NCBI GenBank assembly: GCA_039934615.1
Contig: JBDTLV010000015.1
Span: 1,151-65,150 of the forward strand
Length of the DNA stretch: 64,000 nucleotides
Origin: Tahibacter sp.
GTDB taxonomy: Bacteria > Pseudomonadota > Gammaproteobacteria > Xanthomonadales > Rhodanobacteraceae
Direction of reading: 5' to 3'
Below are positions 1-10,875 of this stretch, in pieces (position 1 is the stretch's first letter; each line of letters begins with the position of its first letter). The translations under genes and the position numbers were made by a program. Below the pieces are notes generated by a model that worked only from the letters and a program-made list of their open reading frames with translations, ran no database searches and had not been told where the DNA came from.

Positions 1-152
1 AGGCTTTCGTGCGCCCTGGTTTCATGCAGCGACCGCCATGGGTTGGCGATGGGGGGCGCTTTCGCGCGATATCGATCATCTGGGACGTCGCAACCGCGTC
101 GGAAGATCAATGTGAATTTTGCGGCCTGGACACTTGCTCAAGGAAATCTGAC

Positions 153-611
153 ATGGCACGAGTAATTTCCGTCGCGATCAATTTGGCGATCGCACTGATC
201 GCTACCTCGGGAGTCGCGCTTTCCGCGGGCCCTCCAACAGCCACGCAGTCGGTGGATTTTCACGACATCCAGCGCGATGGCAGCGTTGCCGTGATTGGTC
301 ATTTCGGCCTGCCGATCGGACGGATCGTCAAGATCGAAGGCCGATTGGCGAAAGCATCAAAAGTGTCCAACGAAGTGACCCTGGAATTTCGCACGGTGAA
401 TGGCGCGGCCTTCCGCGATCCACATTGGAGCCCCACCGTCCAGGTGCGCAATACGGATGCGCTGCCGGCCGACGTCGACATCGTCGTCGAAGGCTACGAA
501 TTTCTGGTCTGGCGCGGCTCGGCGGAGAGCAACTGGCATCTCGATGTGGAGTTCATGATCACCCAGGTGATCGCCCCGGACAGGCTGAAGCTCAATCGCC
601 TGGAGCCGTGA
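153..611 (+). CDS. hypothetical exported or membrane-anchored protein
   Basis: ORF 9..611 trimmed to the internal ATG at 153. The N-terminus MARVISVAINLAIALIATSGVALSA looks like a signal peptide or anchor. No family recognised. Confidence 0.5.
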   Translation: MARVISVAINLAIALIATSGVALSAGPPTATQSVDFHDIQRDGSVAVIGHFGLPIGRIVKIEGRLAKASKVSNEVTLEFRTVNGAAFRDPHWSPTVQVRNTDALPADVDIVVEGYEFLVWRGSAESNWHLDVEFMITQVIAPDRLKLNRLEP

Positions 612-715
612 CACCCTTGCGTCGTGACGGGGCAAACCGCGCAGCGCCCCGACTGACGTAGCATGTGCGAGCTGCCATTCACTGGTTTGGCCCGTCAATG
701 CGAGGATCCGCTGCA

Positions 716-1075
716 ATGACTATTTTCCGCACGATGCTGGTGTTCCTTTTTATCGTTTTCGTGGCCGCTGGCGCTCGTTCCGCAACGGGCGACGAACCGA
801 ATTGGCTGGTCGGGAAATGGGAACTGAGTCTGGATCCTGATGGCAGCGCGAAAGACTGGGTGGAGTTCAGCGCGGCCGGCGAGGCATTCAGTATTTCCCC
901 GGAAGGCCGCCGCGTGGCGGGCCGCTATTCGCAGACCGGTCCATGGATCAGCATTGTGTACATCTTCAACGGCAAGGAAATTCCTATCCAGATGCGTGCC
1001 AGTGACGACCATCTGAAACTGCTGGCCGTGTCGAAGCGCACCGGAAATACGTCGGAATATCGCAAGCTACCCTGA
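716..1075 (+). CDS. hypothetical exported protein
   Basis: ORF 665..1075 (GTG) trimmed to ATG 716, which is preceded by GAGGA at 702-706. The N-terminus MTIFRTMLVFLFIVFVAAGARSA is signal-peptide-like. No family recognised. Confidence 0.55.
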   Translation: MTIFRTMLVFLFIVFVAAGARSATGDEPNWLVGKWELSLDPDGSAKDWVEFSAAGEAFSISPEGRRVAGRYSQTGPWISIVYIFNGKEIPIQMRASDDHLKLLAVSKRTGNTSEYRKLP

Positions 1076-1122
1076 GGTCGGCACCGCGTGGGAATCATGA
1101 CCTCGGCACGATCGGAGCGCGT

Positions 1123-2172
1123 ATGAAGCGGGCGATGTGGTACGCCGCCACCACCGCGGTTTTGCTGTATGTCGGGCTTTGCATCGCGCTGTTCTGCTAT
1201 CAACGTTCGCTGATTTATTTCCCGCAGGCCAGGGCCTTTGCGACGCCGGAGACGACCCAGCATCTGCGTGTGGCCGACGCAGATCTGGAACTCTCGGTGC
1301 GCCCGAGAGCGGGTGCGCGCGCATTGATCTATTTCGGGGGCAATGGCGAGGATGTTTCCGCCAGCCTGGCCGGATTCTCCGCTGCGTTTCCCGAACATTC
1401 CTTGTATCTGATGCACTATCGCGGGTTCGCGGGGAGTTCCGGCAGTCCCACCGAAGCCGCACTGCATGCCGATGCGCTGGCATTGTTCGATCTGGTCTAC
1501 GCGACACACGCGGACGTGGTCGTCATTGGGCGCAGCCTCGGCAGCGGGGTCGCCGTCCACCTGGCCAGCGAGCGTCCCGCGTCACGGCTCGTCCTGGTAA
1601 CGCCCTATAACAGTCTGCTGGAACTGGCAGAGCAGCAGGTCTCCTACGTTCCGGTGCGATGGTTGCTGCAGGACCGGTTTGAATCCTGGCGTTACGCCCC
1701 GCGGGTCAGTGCCGCCACCGACATTCTGGTGGCGGGCAACGACGAGGTGATACCCGCGGAAAGTTCACGTTTGCTGTTTTCCCGTTTTCGCGACGGCATC
1801 GCGAGCTATTCGGTCATCAATGACGTGGGACACAACAGCATTGCGTCGAGTTCGGACTATCTGAAGGCGCTGGCGCATGTGCGCGCCGATCGCCCGCCGG
1901 GAATTCCTGCCGAGGACGCGTTGACGCGCGCCAACGCGGCGGATATCGCGGCGGCGACGCGATGGGCAGGCGATCCACAGCTGCAGCGGGCGATCCAGAT
2001 GCGCCTCGGCGACGGAAGTCCGCGCTGGTCGATCGCCGCGGCGCGGGAGCAGGGCGACTATGTGCTGCTGTGGATCCGTTTTCCCGATGTGGACGACGGC
2101 GGTATCGATCTCGTCTATACCAAATCGCAACAGCGCATCGGCTGGGAATTCAACGGCGGCGAGCGCGGCTGA
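1123..2172 (+). CDS. alpha/beta hydrolase with N-terminal TM helix and about 100-aa C-terminal extension
   Basis: ATG 1123 has GGAG just upstream. There is a hydrophobic N-terminal helix and a nucleophile elbow GRSLGSG (GXSXG), with later ...NDVGHN... The fold assignment is from these motifs only. Confidence 0.75.
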   Translation: MKRAMWYAATTAVLLYVGLCIALFCYQRSLIYFPQARAFATPETTQHLRVADADLELSVRPRAGARALIYFGGNGEDVSASLAGFSAAFPEHSLYLMHYRGFAGSSGSPTEAALHADALALFDLVYATHADVVVIGRSLGSGVAVHLASERPASRLVLVTPYNSLLELAEQQVSYVPVRWLLQDRFESWRYAPRVSAATDILVAGNDEVIPAESSRLLFSRFRDGIASYSVINDVGHNSIASSSDYLKALAHVRADRPPGIPAEDALTRANAADIAAATRWAGDPQLQRAIQMRLGDGSPRWSIAAAREQGDYVLLWIRFPDVDDGGIDLVYTKSQQRIGWEFNGGERG

Positions 2173-2237
2173 TCATCCTCGCGTACTCTGCCGGAACAAT
2201 CGAGGCACGCCTACTTTTCAGCATCGATGGGGGAGTC

Positions 2238-3254
2238 ATGCGCAGACTGCAAATTGTGGCCTATGGACCCCTACGCGATGCGGTCCAGTTCGCCGACGTG
2301 GGATTGCCGTCGATGGGCGTCACCGACGTGCTGATCCGGATGGTTGCAGCCGGCATCAATCCGATCGACTACAAGATCGCGGCGGGAGCCTTGCGGCGCG
2401 TGCACACCCTGGCGTTGCCGGCGGCGTTTGGCTTTGACGGCAGTGGCATCGTCGAGGCCGTCGGCGCCAGCGTTCGCGCATTCAAGGCTGGCGATGCCGT
2501 GTTCGTGCGCGCGCCGCGCGAGCGCATGGGCAGCTTCGCGGAGTACCTCGCGACTGATCAGCAATTTGTCGCAAAAGCGCCATTTGCGATTCCGCTGATC
2601 GAAGCCGCGTCGATTCCGTTGGTCGCATTGACCACCGTGCAGGGACTGGTCGATCGCGCCCAGGCGCGACCCGGTCAACGCATCCTGATTCACGCGGGAT
2701 CCGGTGGGTTGGGATCGTTCGCCATCCAGTACGCCAAGCGCGTGTTGGGTTTGCACGTCACCACGACCACCAGCAGCCGAAATCAGGCATGGGTGCGCGA
2801 GCTCGGCGCCGATGTGGTCATTGCTTACGACGAGCAGGACTATCGCGCGCTGCCGGCGCGCTACGACATCGTCTTCGACACGCTGGGCGGAGCGGCGACG
2901 GCGGCTTCGTTCGATCTGCTTAACCCCGGTGGCGTCGTCGTCAGCGTGGCCGGTCCGCCGGATCGCCACTTCGCCAGGCAGGTACACGCCGGACCGGTGC
3001 TATCGGCAATCCTGTGGCTGATGGGTGCTCGCATGCGTCAACGCGCGCGCGCAAAGAACGCGCGCTATTTCCGCTTTCTCACGGAATCCAGCGGTGCACA
3101 ACTGGAATCGATTGCGCGGCTCCTCACCGCAGGAACGATCAAGGCGGTGATCGATCAGGTGTTTCCGTTCGAACGGGCGATCGAGGCGCTTGAATACGCG
3201 GCGCAGGGCAGGGCCAAGGGAAAGGTGATGTTGCAGATCGACAAGGCGACCTAG
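2238..3254 (+). CDS. NAD(P)H-dependent MDR-superfamily (quinone oxidoreductase-like) oxidoreductase
   Basis: ORF 1962..3254 trimmed to ATG 2238 (MRRLQIVAYG...), because the upstream part overlaps the hydrolase. Motifs seen are GINPIDYK, the Rossmann motif HAGSGGLGSFAIQ and the C-terminal GRAKGKVML. Confidence 0.8.
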   Translation: MRRLQIVAYGPLRDAVQFADVGLPSMGVTDVLIRMVAAGINPIDYKIAAGALRRVHTLALPAAFGFDGSGIVEAVGASVRAFKAGDAVFVRAPRERMGSFAEYLATDQQFVAKAPFAIPLIEAASIPLVALTTVQGLVDRAQARPGQRILIHAGSGGLGSFAIQYAKRVLGLHVTTTTSSRNQAWVRELGADVVIAYDEQDYRALPARYDIVFDTLGGAATAASFDLLNPGGVVVSVAGPPDRHFARQVHAGPVLSAILWLMGARMRQRARAKNARYFRFLTESSGAQLESIARLLTAGTIKAVIDQVFPFERAIEALEYAAQGRAKGKVMLQIDKAT

Positions 3255-3369
3255 TTCGCGCGGCGATGTCGACGACGCGGCTTGTTGCACCGCAACCCGG
3301 CAGGAAAAACTCGCCACCGACTTGGCGGCAGTGGAATAATCCGCCGATTCGTCTTCCGGAGATGCACCG

Positions 3370-4017
3370 ATGCTCGGCATACACGATCTCGCCCTGTTCG
3401 TGGTTTCCGGCCTGTTGCTGAACCTGATTCCGGGGCCCGATTCGCTGCTGATCATGGCGCGCAGTGCGAGCCAGGGTTGGCGCGCGGGCTCTGCCGCGGC
3501 GCTGGGTATCGGTACCGGAACATTTGTGCACATATTCGCCGCGGCGCTGGGCATGTCCGCGCTGCTGGCCGCGTCGGCAACGGCGTTCGGTGCGGTCAAG
3601 CTGATCGGCGCCGCGTATCTGTTGTACGTCGGCTTCGGATTGCTGGTCAGTCGTTCGGCTGCCAAAGCGGCGGCGTCAGCAGTGGCCGCGCAGGCACCGA
3701 CGGTGCTGAGCCATGCGCAGATTTTCCGCCAGGGATTTCTGACCAATGTGCTGAATCCCAAAGTGGCGATTTTCTTTCTGGCGTTTGTTCCTCAATTCAT
3801 CGCGAGCGACGCGCCACACAAGGCGCTGGCTTTCATCGTGCTGGGCTGCATCTTCAATTTCAACGGCATGCTCTGGTGCCACCTGCTTGCGGCCGTGTCG
3901 GCGTTTGCGAGCGCGCGGATCCGGGTCGGCGCACGCGCGGTGCGCTGGCTCAATCGCGCGGTCGGTGCCGTGTTCGTCTCGTTCGGCATCAAGCTCGCCC
4001 TGTCGGAAAACCACTGA
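3370..4017 (+). CDS. LysE/RhtB family amino-acid exporter
   Basis: 215 aa and multi-TM. The N-terminal signature LLNLIPGPDSLLIMARS is typical of LysE/RhtB translocators. Confidence 0.85.
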   Translation: MLGIHDLALFVVSGLLLNLIPGPDSLLIMARSASQGWRAGSAAALGIGTGTFVHIFAAALGMSALLAASATAFGAVKLIGAAYLLYVGFGLLVSRSAAKAAASAVAAQAPTVLSHAQIFRQGFLTNVLNPKVAIFFLAFVPQFIASDAPHKALAFIVLGCIFNFNGMLWCHLLAAVSAFASARIRVGARAVRWLNRAVGAVFVSFGIKLALSENH

Positions 4018-4052
4018 TCCTCGCATCTGACCGGCCACCGGAAAACTCCGCC

Positions 4053-4433
4053 ATGCGCTATCTCGTTTCCGCCATGCTGATCGTCGCTGCGGTCATTCAT
4101 CTGTTGCCTTTGAGTGGCGTGCTCGGCAGCGAAAAGCTGGCGAGTCTGTATGGACTGTCTGTCGACGAACCGAATCTGCTGATCCTGATGCGGCACCGCG
4201 CGGTCTTGTTCGGATTGCTCGGTGCGTTCCTGCTGTTCGCGGCATTCAACCCGGCGTACCAGACTCTGGCCTTCATCGCCGGATTGGTCAGCGTGGTCTC
4301 GTTCATCGGGCTGGCGTGGCCGGCCGGCTCGACCAATGCGCAGCTGGCGCGGGTTTTCAGCGTCGATCTGCTGGCGCTGGTGTGCCTGGTCGTCGGTGCG
4401 GCGGCACAGATCTATCTGCGTAGCCGGACCTGA
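4053..4433 (+). CDS. small (126 aa) integral membrane protein of unknown function
   Basis: This is the terminal part of ORF 3282..4433, starting at ATG 4053. It has four hydrophobic segments. The remainder of the long ORF overlaps the LysE gene in another frame. Confidence 0.6.
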   Translation: MRYLVSAMLIVAAVIHLLPLSGVLGSEKLASLYGLSVDEPNLLILMRHRAVLFGLLGAFLLFAAFNPAYQTLAFIAGLVSVVSFIGLAWPAGSTNAQLARVFSVDLLALVCLVVGAAAQIYLRSRT

Positions 4434-4516
4434 TTTCGCGCGCATCTGCCGGGCTCGCTGAAAGTCATCCGTGCGGCGACGCGGTGCCGCTGCGGCTTGC
4501 TGTCGACGGACGTGGA

Positions 4517-5800
4517 TCAGATCGCGCCCGGCGCGAATTCCAGACTCAGGCGGCCGGGGCGATCTGGCAGCGACAATTCACTGACGCGCGGCGCGCAACG
4601 CGCGATGACCTTGCCGGCACGCAATACCAGCAGTCGCGTGGCGCGCAGCCGGATTGCCTCGAAACTGTCGGCCGCCTGTAGTACAACCAGATCGGCTTTG
4701 CAGCCGGGTGCAATCCCGTAGCCGTCCAGACCGAGCATGCGCGCTGGCGTCGAGGTCACTGCGTCGAAGGCGGCGCGGATTCCCGCTTGCGACGTCATCT
4801 GTGCGACGTGGATGCCCATATGCGCGACTTCGAGCATGTCGGCAGCGCCGAACGAATACCACGGATCCATCACGCAGTCGTGGCCGAACGCCACGTCGAT
4901 GCCGGCGCTGAGCATCTCGGGCACGCGGGTCATGCCGCGGCGTTTCGGATAGCTGTCGTGACGCCCCTGCAGGGTAATGTTGATCAAGGGATTGGCGATC
5001 GCCGAAACCCCGGCCTCGGCCATCAAAGGCAGCAATTTGGACACGTAGTAATTGTCCATACTGTGCATCGAGGTCAGGTGCGAGCCGGTCACTCTGCCGT
5101 GCAAACCCAGACGTTGCGATTCCGCGGCCAGCGTCTCGATGTGGCGCGATAGCGGGTCGTCGGATTCGTCGCAATGCATATCCACGCGCAAGCCGCGTTC
5201 GGCGGCGATCTCGCACAGGCGGCGCACGGATTCCGTACCGTCCGCCATGGTTCGCTCGAAATGCGGAATGCCACCGACCACCTCGACCCCGCGATCCAGC
5301 GCGCGCGCGAGATTCGCCGCGGCGCTCGGGCTGCGCAGGTATCCATCCTGCGGAAACGCGACCAGTTGCAGATCGAGGTACGGTTTCACGCGCGCCTGCA
5401 CATCGAGCAGCGCATCGACCGCGAGCAGGCGATCGTCGCAAATGTCCACATGACTGCGTATCGCCAGCAGGCCTTGCGCAACCGCCATGTCGCAATAGGC
5501 CAGCGCGCGCTCGACCAGTGCCGCCTGGGTGAGGTGCGGCTTGAGTTCGCCCCACAGCGCGATGCCTTCGAGCAAGGTGCCGGAAACGTTGCGCCGCGGT
5601 AGTCCCAGGGAAAGGGCGGCGTCCAGGTGAAAGTGCGCGTCGACGAACGGTGGCGAAACCAGGCGGCCGCTGACATCGATTTCCTCGCGGCCGCGCACGG
5701 CGACGGCGGGCGCAACGTCGACGATGCGGCCGGCGTCGATCGCGATGTCCACATCGCGGCGACCGTCGGGCAAATTGGCGTGGCGCAGGATCAGGTCCAT
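4517..5800 (-). CDS. codA: cytosine deaminase
   Basis: ORF 4517..5950 trimmed to MDLILRHANL (ATG, complement of 5798-5800), giving 427 aa. It appears collinear with my recollection of E. coli CodA over much of its length: PPFVDAHFHLD, LQLVAFPQDG, GGIPHFE, DMHCDESDD, SHLTSMHS, YPKRRGMTRV, FGHDCVMDPWY. Confidence 0.9.
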   Translation of the reverse strand: MDLILRHANLPDGRRDVDIAIDAGRIVDVAPAVAVRGREEIDVSGRLVSPPFVDAHFHLDAALSLGLPRRNVSGTLLEGIALWGELKPHLTQAALVERALAYCDMAVAQGLLAIRSHVDICDDRLLAVDALLDVQARVKPYLDLQLVAFPQDGYLRSPSAAANLARALDRGVEVVGGIPHFERTMADGTESVRRLCEIAAERGLRVDMHCDESDDPLSRHIETLAAESQRLGLHGRVTGSHLTSMHSMDNYYVSKLLPLMAEAGVSAIANPLINITLQGRHDSYPKRRGMTRVPEMLSAGIDVAFGHDCVMDPWYSFGAADMLEVAHMGIHVAQMTSQAGIRAAFDAVTSTPARMLGLDGYGIAPGCKADLVVLQAADSFEAIRLRATRLLVLRAGKVIARCAPRVSELSLPDRPGRLSLEFAPGAI

Positions 5801-6181
5801 GGGCAGGCAGTCGGAAACAAGTCGGCAAACGGTAGCATGCAGGCCTGTCGCATGGCGCGGCGGCACGCGTGATGACATCGTGTCCCGGCACAGATCGGTC
5901 GGCGCCGCCAGCCGCGTTCCGTCCGTGCCGAATGGCATCCCCCATTGCATTGACTCGCGTCTAGTGCAAGGCTACGCCTTCCACTGCGACGATACGGTCT
6001 CGTCGCCAAGTGCCGGGGTCGCGTCGACGCCGGCATGCCCGTTCCGGACCTTCCGCGTGGCGCGGAATCGTCCAGCGTAGTACGGTCCAGTGCGATCTCC
6101 TTCGCGAGTCGCCGCGGGTCGGCACCGATGTAACGCGGCTATCCGCCACCCGTCTTCCGTTTGCATGGACTCACCGACACC

Positions 6182-7531
6182 ATGACGTCAGCCAATTCCG
6201 CATCCGCAGCGAGCGAACTGAACCTCGATCCGTACTGGATGCCGTTCACCCACAACCGCTACTTCAAACAGCATCGACCGCTGGATCGCCTGCTGGTCGG
6301 TGCTGAGGGGGCCTATTACACAACGGTAGAAGGGCAAAAACTGTTCGACTGCCTGTCCGGCCTGTGGTGCAGCTCACTCGGTCATCGGCATCCGAAAATC
6401 GTCGAGGCGGTCAAGGCGCAGCTGGATCGCGCCGACTACATTCCGGCGTTCCAGGTGGCCAGTCCGGACAGTTTTCGTCTCGCCGAACGCATCGCCGACG
6501 CGGCTCCCGGCGACCTTAACCGGGTGTTTTTCACCAACTCGGGTTCGGAAGCGGTCGACACCGCGCTGAAGATCGCGATTGCGCACCATCGCCTGCGTGG
6601 CGAAGCGTCGCGCACGCGCATCATCGGTCGGGAGAAGGGCTATCACGGTGTCGGTATCGGCGGCATTTCGGTCGGCGGCATGGTCGCGAACCGCAAGATG
6701 TTCGCACCGATGATGTTGCCCGGCGTCGACCATCTGCCGCATACGCACAATTTGAAAGAAATGGCCTTTTCCAAAGGCATGCCAGCCTGGGGTGCACACC
6801 TGGCGGACGATCTCGAGCGACTGGTGGCGCTGCACGACGCCTCCACGATCGCCGCAGTCATCGTCGAGCCGATGCAGGGTTCGGTGGGTGTGGTCGTTCC
6901 GCCGCAGGGGTATCTGAAACGCCTGCGGGAGATCTGCGACAAGCACGGCATCCTGCTGATCTTCGACGAAGTGATCACCGGTTTCGGGCGCATGGGCGAC
7001 TGGTTCGGCGCGCAGGCGTTCGGGGTCACGCCGGACCTGATCACGTTTGCCAAATGCGTGAACAATGGCACCGTGCCGATGGGCGGTGTGATCGCGCGCC
7101 AGGGGATCTACGACAGCTTCATGCAGGGCCCGGATTACATGGTGGAATTGTTCCACGGGTATACGTATTCGGCGCATCCGCTTGCGGTTGCCGCGGCGCA
7201 CGCGACGCTGGATATCCTGCACGAAGACGCAGTGCCGGAGCGCTTCGCCGAGCTGGCCCGCAAGATCGAATCCGTCGCGCATGGTTTGCGCGGTGAGCCC
7301 AACGTGATCGATATCCGCAATTGCGGCGCCGCTGCGGCGATCGAGCTGACGCCGATTCCGGGTCAGGTCGGCGTGCGCGGCCTGCGCCTGTTCGAGGAAG
7401 GACTCAAGCGCGGCATGCTGCTGCGTTTCACCGGCGACACGATCGCTCTCGCACCGCCAGTGATCACCACGGACGCTGAGCTCGAGCGCATGTTCGAAGC
7501 GGTGCGGGAATGCGTGCGGGTGGTGGCGTGA
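6182..7531 (+). CDS. class-III aminotransferase, beta-alanine/omega-amino acid:pyruvate aminotransferase type
   Basis: ORF 6161 (TTG) trimmed to ATG 6182, giving 449 aa. Motifs seen are [45 protein letters not shown] and [13 protein letters not shown] (PLP lysine region). It lies next to mmsA and the pyrimidine genes. Confidence 0.85.
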   Translation: MTSANSASAASELNLDPYWMPFTHNRYFKQHRPLDRLLVGAEGAYYTTVEGQKLFDCLSGLWCSSLGHRHPKIVEAVKAQLDRADYIPAFQVASPDSFRLAERIADAAPGDLNRVFFTNSGSEAVDTALKIAIAHHRLRGEASRTRIIGREKGYHGVGIGGISVGGMVANRKMFAPMMLPGVDHLPHTHNLKEMAFSKGMPAWGAHLADDLERLVALHDASTIAAVIVEPMQGSVGVVVPPQGYLKRLREICDKHGILLIFDEVITGFGRMGDWFGAQAFGVTPDLITFAKCVNNGTVPMGGVIARQGIYDSFMQGPDYMVELFHGYTYSAHPLAVAAAHATLDILHEDAVPERFAELARKIESVAHGLRGEPNVIDIRNCGAAAAIELTPIPGQVGVRGLRLFEEGLKRGMLLRFTGDTIALAPPVITTDAELERMFEAVRECVRVVA

Positions 7532-7709
7532 GCGCGCATCGCAGCGTCGCGTGCACTTCGCGCCTGACGGGGCGAAGTTCCCGGATCAGGCCCGATATCG
7601 CGGCGGTTCGCCGCTGCATGACGCCACATCTTTTCTTCGACGCACATTGGTAGAAACGTCTACTGGACGTCCTTGTGGACGTTCGGGCAATCCATCCAAG
7701 AGAACCGCC

Positions 7710-9209
7710 ATGCTTGCACCCGTCGCAATCCCTCACTACATCGCCGGTCAGCGCATTTCGCCGGTGGAGACCCGCACCAGCCCGGTCTACAACCCGGCCA
7801 CCGGTGAGCAGACCGGCGTGTTGCCGCTGGCCACGCCTGACGACATCGACGCCGCTGTGCGCGCGGCGAAAGGCGCGTTTCCGGCCTGGTCCGCCATGCC
7901 AGCGCTGAAGCGCGCGCGGGTGATGTTCAAATTCCGCGATTTGCTTGAAGCGAACGCCGATGCCTTGGCGGCGGCGATCACCGCCGAACACGGCAAGACC
8001 CATGCTGACGCCCTGGGCGAAGTGCAGCGTGGCATCGAGGTGGTCGAGTTCGCCTGCGGCATTCCGCAATTGTTAAAAGGTGAACTCACCGAGAACGTTG
8101 GCACGTCGGTCGACTCGCACAGTATTCGCCAGCCGCTGGGCGTCGTCGCGGGAATCACCCCGTTCAATTTTCCGGCGATGGTTCCGTTGTGGATGTTTCC
8201 GATTGCGATTGCCTGCGGCAATTGTTTCATTCTGAAGCCGTCCGAACGGGATCCGTCGCCTTCGCTGCTGCTGGCCGAGTGGCTCGCTCAGGCCGGGCTG
8301 CCCGCGGGCGTGTTCAATGTGGTGCATGGGGACAAGGTCGCGGTCGATGCGATCCTTGCGCATCCGGATATCGCAGCCGTGAGTTTCGTGGGCTCCACGC
8401 CGATCGCGCGTTACATCTATGCGACCGGCACCGCCGCAGGCAAGCGGGTGCAGGCCTTGGGCGGCGCAAAAAATCATATGGTGGTGCTGCCCGATGCGGA
8501 TCTGGAGCAGACCGCCGACGCGCTGATGGGGGCGGGCTACGGTTCCGCCGGCGAACGCTGCATGGCGATCTCGGTTGCGGTTGCGGTTGGCGATGCCACC
8601 GCCGACGCGCTGGTCGCGAAACTCGCGCCGCGTGTGCAGGCATTGAAAATCGGGCGCGGCGACGCGGCCGACATGGACATGGGCCCGCTGATTACCGGCG
8701 CCCACAGGGACAAGGTCAGCGGCTACGTGGATACGGGCGTGCACGAAGGTGCGCAACTCGTTGTCGACGGGCGCGGCCATACGGTTTCGGGTTGCGAAGA
8801 TGGGTTCTTCCTTGGCGGTTGCCTGTTCGATCACGTGCGCCCGGACATGCGCATCTATCGCGAGGAAATCTTCGGCCCGGTTCTATCGATCGTGCGTGTG
8901 GGCAGTTATGACGAGGCCGTCGATCTGGTCAACGCGCACGAGTACGGCAATGGGGTTGCCTTGTTCACCCGCGATGGTGATGCCGCGCGGGACTTCGCCC
9001 ACCGTATCCAGATCGGCATGGTCGGCATCAACGTGCCGATTCCGGTGCCGATGGCGTTCCATAGCTTCGGCGGCTGGAAGGCTTCCCTGTTCGGCGATCA
9101 CCACATTTACGGTCCGGAAGGTGTGCGGTTTTACACAAAGATGAAAACCGTGACGACGCGATGGCCGACCAGCATCCGCGCCGGTGCGCAGTTCGTGATG
9201 CCGCATTAG
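7710..9209 (+). CDS. mmsA: CoA-acylating methylmalonate/malonate-semialdehyde dehydrogenase
   Basis: ORF 7551..9209 trimmed to ATG 7710 ([14 protein letters not shown]), giving 499 aa. It carries the aldehyde dehydrogenase catalytic Cys region GERCMA and the C-terminal motif [17 protein letters not shown] that I recall as typical of MmsA. Confidence 0.9.
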   Translation: MLAPVAIPHYIAGQRISPVETRTSPVYNPATGEQTGVLPLATPDDIDAAVRAAKGAFPAWSAMPALKRARVMFKFRDLLEANADALAAAITAEHGKTHADALGEVQRGIEVVEFACGIPQLLKGELTENVGTSVDSHSIRQPLGVVAGITPFNFPAMVPLWMFPIAIACGNCFILKPSERDPSPSLLLAEWLAQAGLPAGVFNVVHGDKVAVDAILAHPDIAAVSFVGSTPIARYIYATGTAAGKRVQALGGAKNHMVVLPDADLEQTADALMGAGYGSAGERCMAISVAVAVGDATADALVAKLAPRVQALKIGRGDAADMDMGPLITGAHRDKVSGYVDTGVHEGAQLVVDGRGHTVSGCEDGFFLGGCLFDHVRPDMRIYREEIFGPVLSIVRVGSYDEAVDLVNAHEYGNGVALFTRDGDAARDFAHRIQIGMVGINVPIPVPMAFHSFGGWKASLFGDHHIYGPEGVRFYTKMKTVTTRWPTSIRAGAQFVMPH

Positions 9210-9454
9210 TGATCCGGCTGGGAACGTCGCGTGTTGGCAACGTGGAGTTGTGGACTGTGCAGCGCATCGAGCGCTGGTGCGCAAAGGTCGCAGCGGGCTG
9301 CCGACGAACCCCATGGGCCTCGTCACCCGCTGCAGCGATGCGATCGCACGGGCCAGGTTGTCCCGCACGCCGACCCTGAGTTCCACCCCAATGCCAAGTC
9401 TTCCCTGCGCTGTACCGACCCGCACCATTGATCCGACCTCAACGAGACCGAACC

Positions 9455-10711
9455 ATGAACGTCGCCTGGAAGTCTGAAGTCGAGCCGCTGACCGTCAACG
9501 GACAGCGTCTGTGGGACAGTCTGATGCAGATGGCGACCATCGGCGCGACGGCCAAGGGCGGCGTGTGTCGTCTCGCACTGACCGATCTGGACCGGCAGGG
9601 CCGCGACCTTTTCGTGCAGTGGGCGCAAGACGCCGGCTGCACGATCAGCGTCGACCAGATGGGCAATGTGTTTGCTCGCCGCGCCGGCAGCGATGACAGC
9701 CTTGCGCCGGTGATCACCGGTTCGCACGCGGACTCGCAGCCTACCGGCGGACGTTTCGATGGCATCTACGGAGTACTTGGCGGTCTGGAAGTGATTCGTT
9801 CGCTGAACGATCGCGGCATACAAACGCGACGTCCGGTAGAAGTGGTTATCTGGACGAATGAAGAAGGCTCGCGTTTTGCGCCGGCGATGGTCGCGTCCGG
9901 CGTGTTTGCCGGGGTGTTCAGTCTCGAGTACGGTCTTTCGCGCGCCGACGTCGATGGCAAGACCATGGGCGAGGAACTCGCGCGCATCGGTTATGCCGGT
10001 GATCGACCGATGGGGAAACCCATCCACGCCGCGTTCGAATTGCATATCGAGCAGGGACCAATACTTGAAGCCGAGGACACGACGATCGGCGTGGTCCATG
10101 CCGCGCAGGGACAGCGCTGGTACGAAGTGACCCTGACCGGCCAGGAATCGCACGCCGGTCCGACGCCGATGCCGCGACGCCGTGATGCCTTGCTCGGCGC
10201 GGCGCGGGTGATCCAGTTGGTGAATCAGGTAGGTCTTGCGCACGCACCTTACGCCTGCGCCACGGTGGGGATGCTCAACGTGCACCCGAACTCGCGCAAT
10301 GTGATTCCGGGCCGCGTATTTTTCACGATCGACTTTCGCCACCCCGAAGATGCGGTGCTCGCGCAGATGGACGCGGAATTGCGCGCCGGGCTTGCGCGCA
10401 TTGTGGAAGAATCCCGCCTGGAGCTGTCCAGTTTCGAGCAGATCTTCTACTACAAGCCGGTCGCCTTCGACGCCGACTGCGTGGCTTCGGTGCGCGGTGC
10501 TGCGCAAAAGTTTGGCTATTCTCACCGGGATATTGTCTCCGGCGCAGGTCATGACGCCTGCTATCTCGCGCAAGTCGCGCCGACCTCGATGATCTTCGTT
10601 CCCTGCATCGACGGCATCAGCCACAATGAAGTCGAAGACGCCAAGATCGAGTGGATCGAAGCGGGCGCGAATGTGCTGTTGCATGCGATGCTGGAGCGCG
10701 CACAGAGTTGA
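9455..10711 (+). CDS. M20-family N-carbamoyl-beta-alanine (beta-ureidopropionate)/carbamoyl-amino-acid amidohydrolase
   Basis: ORF 9428 trimmed to ATG 9455. It belongs to the Zn-dependent allantoate amidohydrolase/hydantoinase-cluster family: ITGSHADSQPTGGRFDG, VVIWTNEEGSRF and SGAGHDA. The substrate is inferred from the neighbours. Confidence 0.8.
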   Translation: MNVAWKSEVEPLTVNGQRLWDSLMQMATIGATAKGGVCRLALTDLDRQGRDLFVQWAQDAGCTISVDQMGNVFARRAGSDDSLAPVITGSHADSQPTGGRFDGIYGVLGGLEVIRSLNDRGIQTRRPVEVVIWTNEEGSRFAPAMVASGVFAGVFSLEYGLSRADVDGKTMGEELARIGYAGDRPMGKPIHAAFELHIEQGPILEAEDTTIGVVHAAQGQRWYEVTLTGQESHAGPTPMPRRRDALLGAARVIQLVNQVGLAHAPYACATVGMLNVHPNSRNVIPGRVFFTIDFRHPEDAVLAQMDAELRAGLARIVEESRLELSSFEQIFYYKPVAFDADCVASVRGAAQKFGYSHRDIVSGAGHDACYLAQVAPTSMIFVPCIDGISHNEVEDAKIEWIEAGANVLLHAMLERAQS

Positions 10712-10875
10712 GGACTTCCCTCCTCCCCTTGGGAGTGGGTGCTCGCAGGGCGGATGAGGGAGCGCACGGCGAGCGGTGATACCTTTCACGGGCGACTTCC
10801 TCACCCGGCCCGCGGGACCACTTTCTCCCAGGGGGGAGAGAGAACTCCAAGGCAAGCAACAACCCAGGAGATCGA

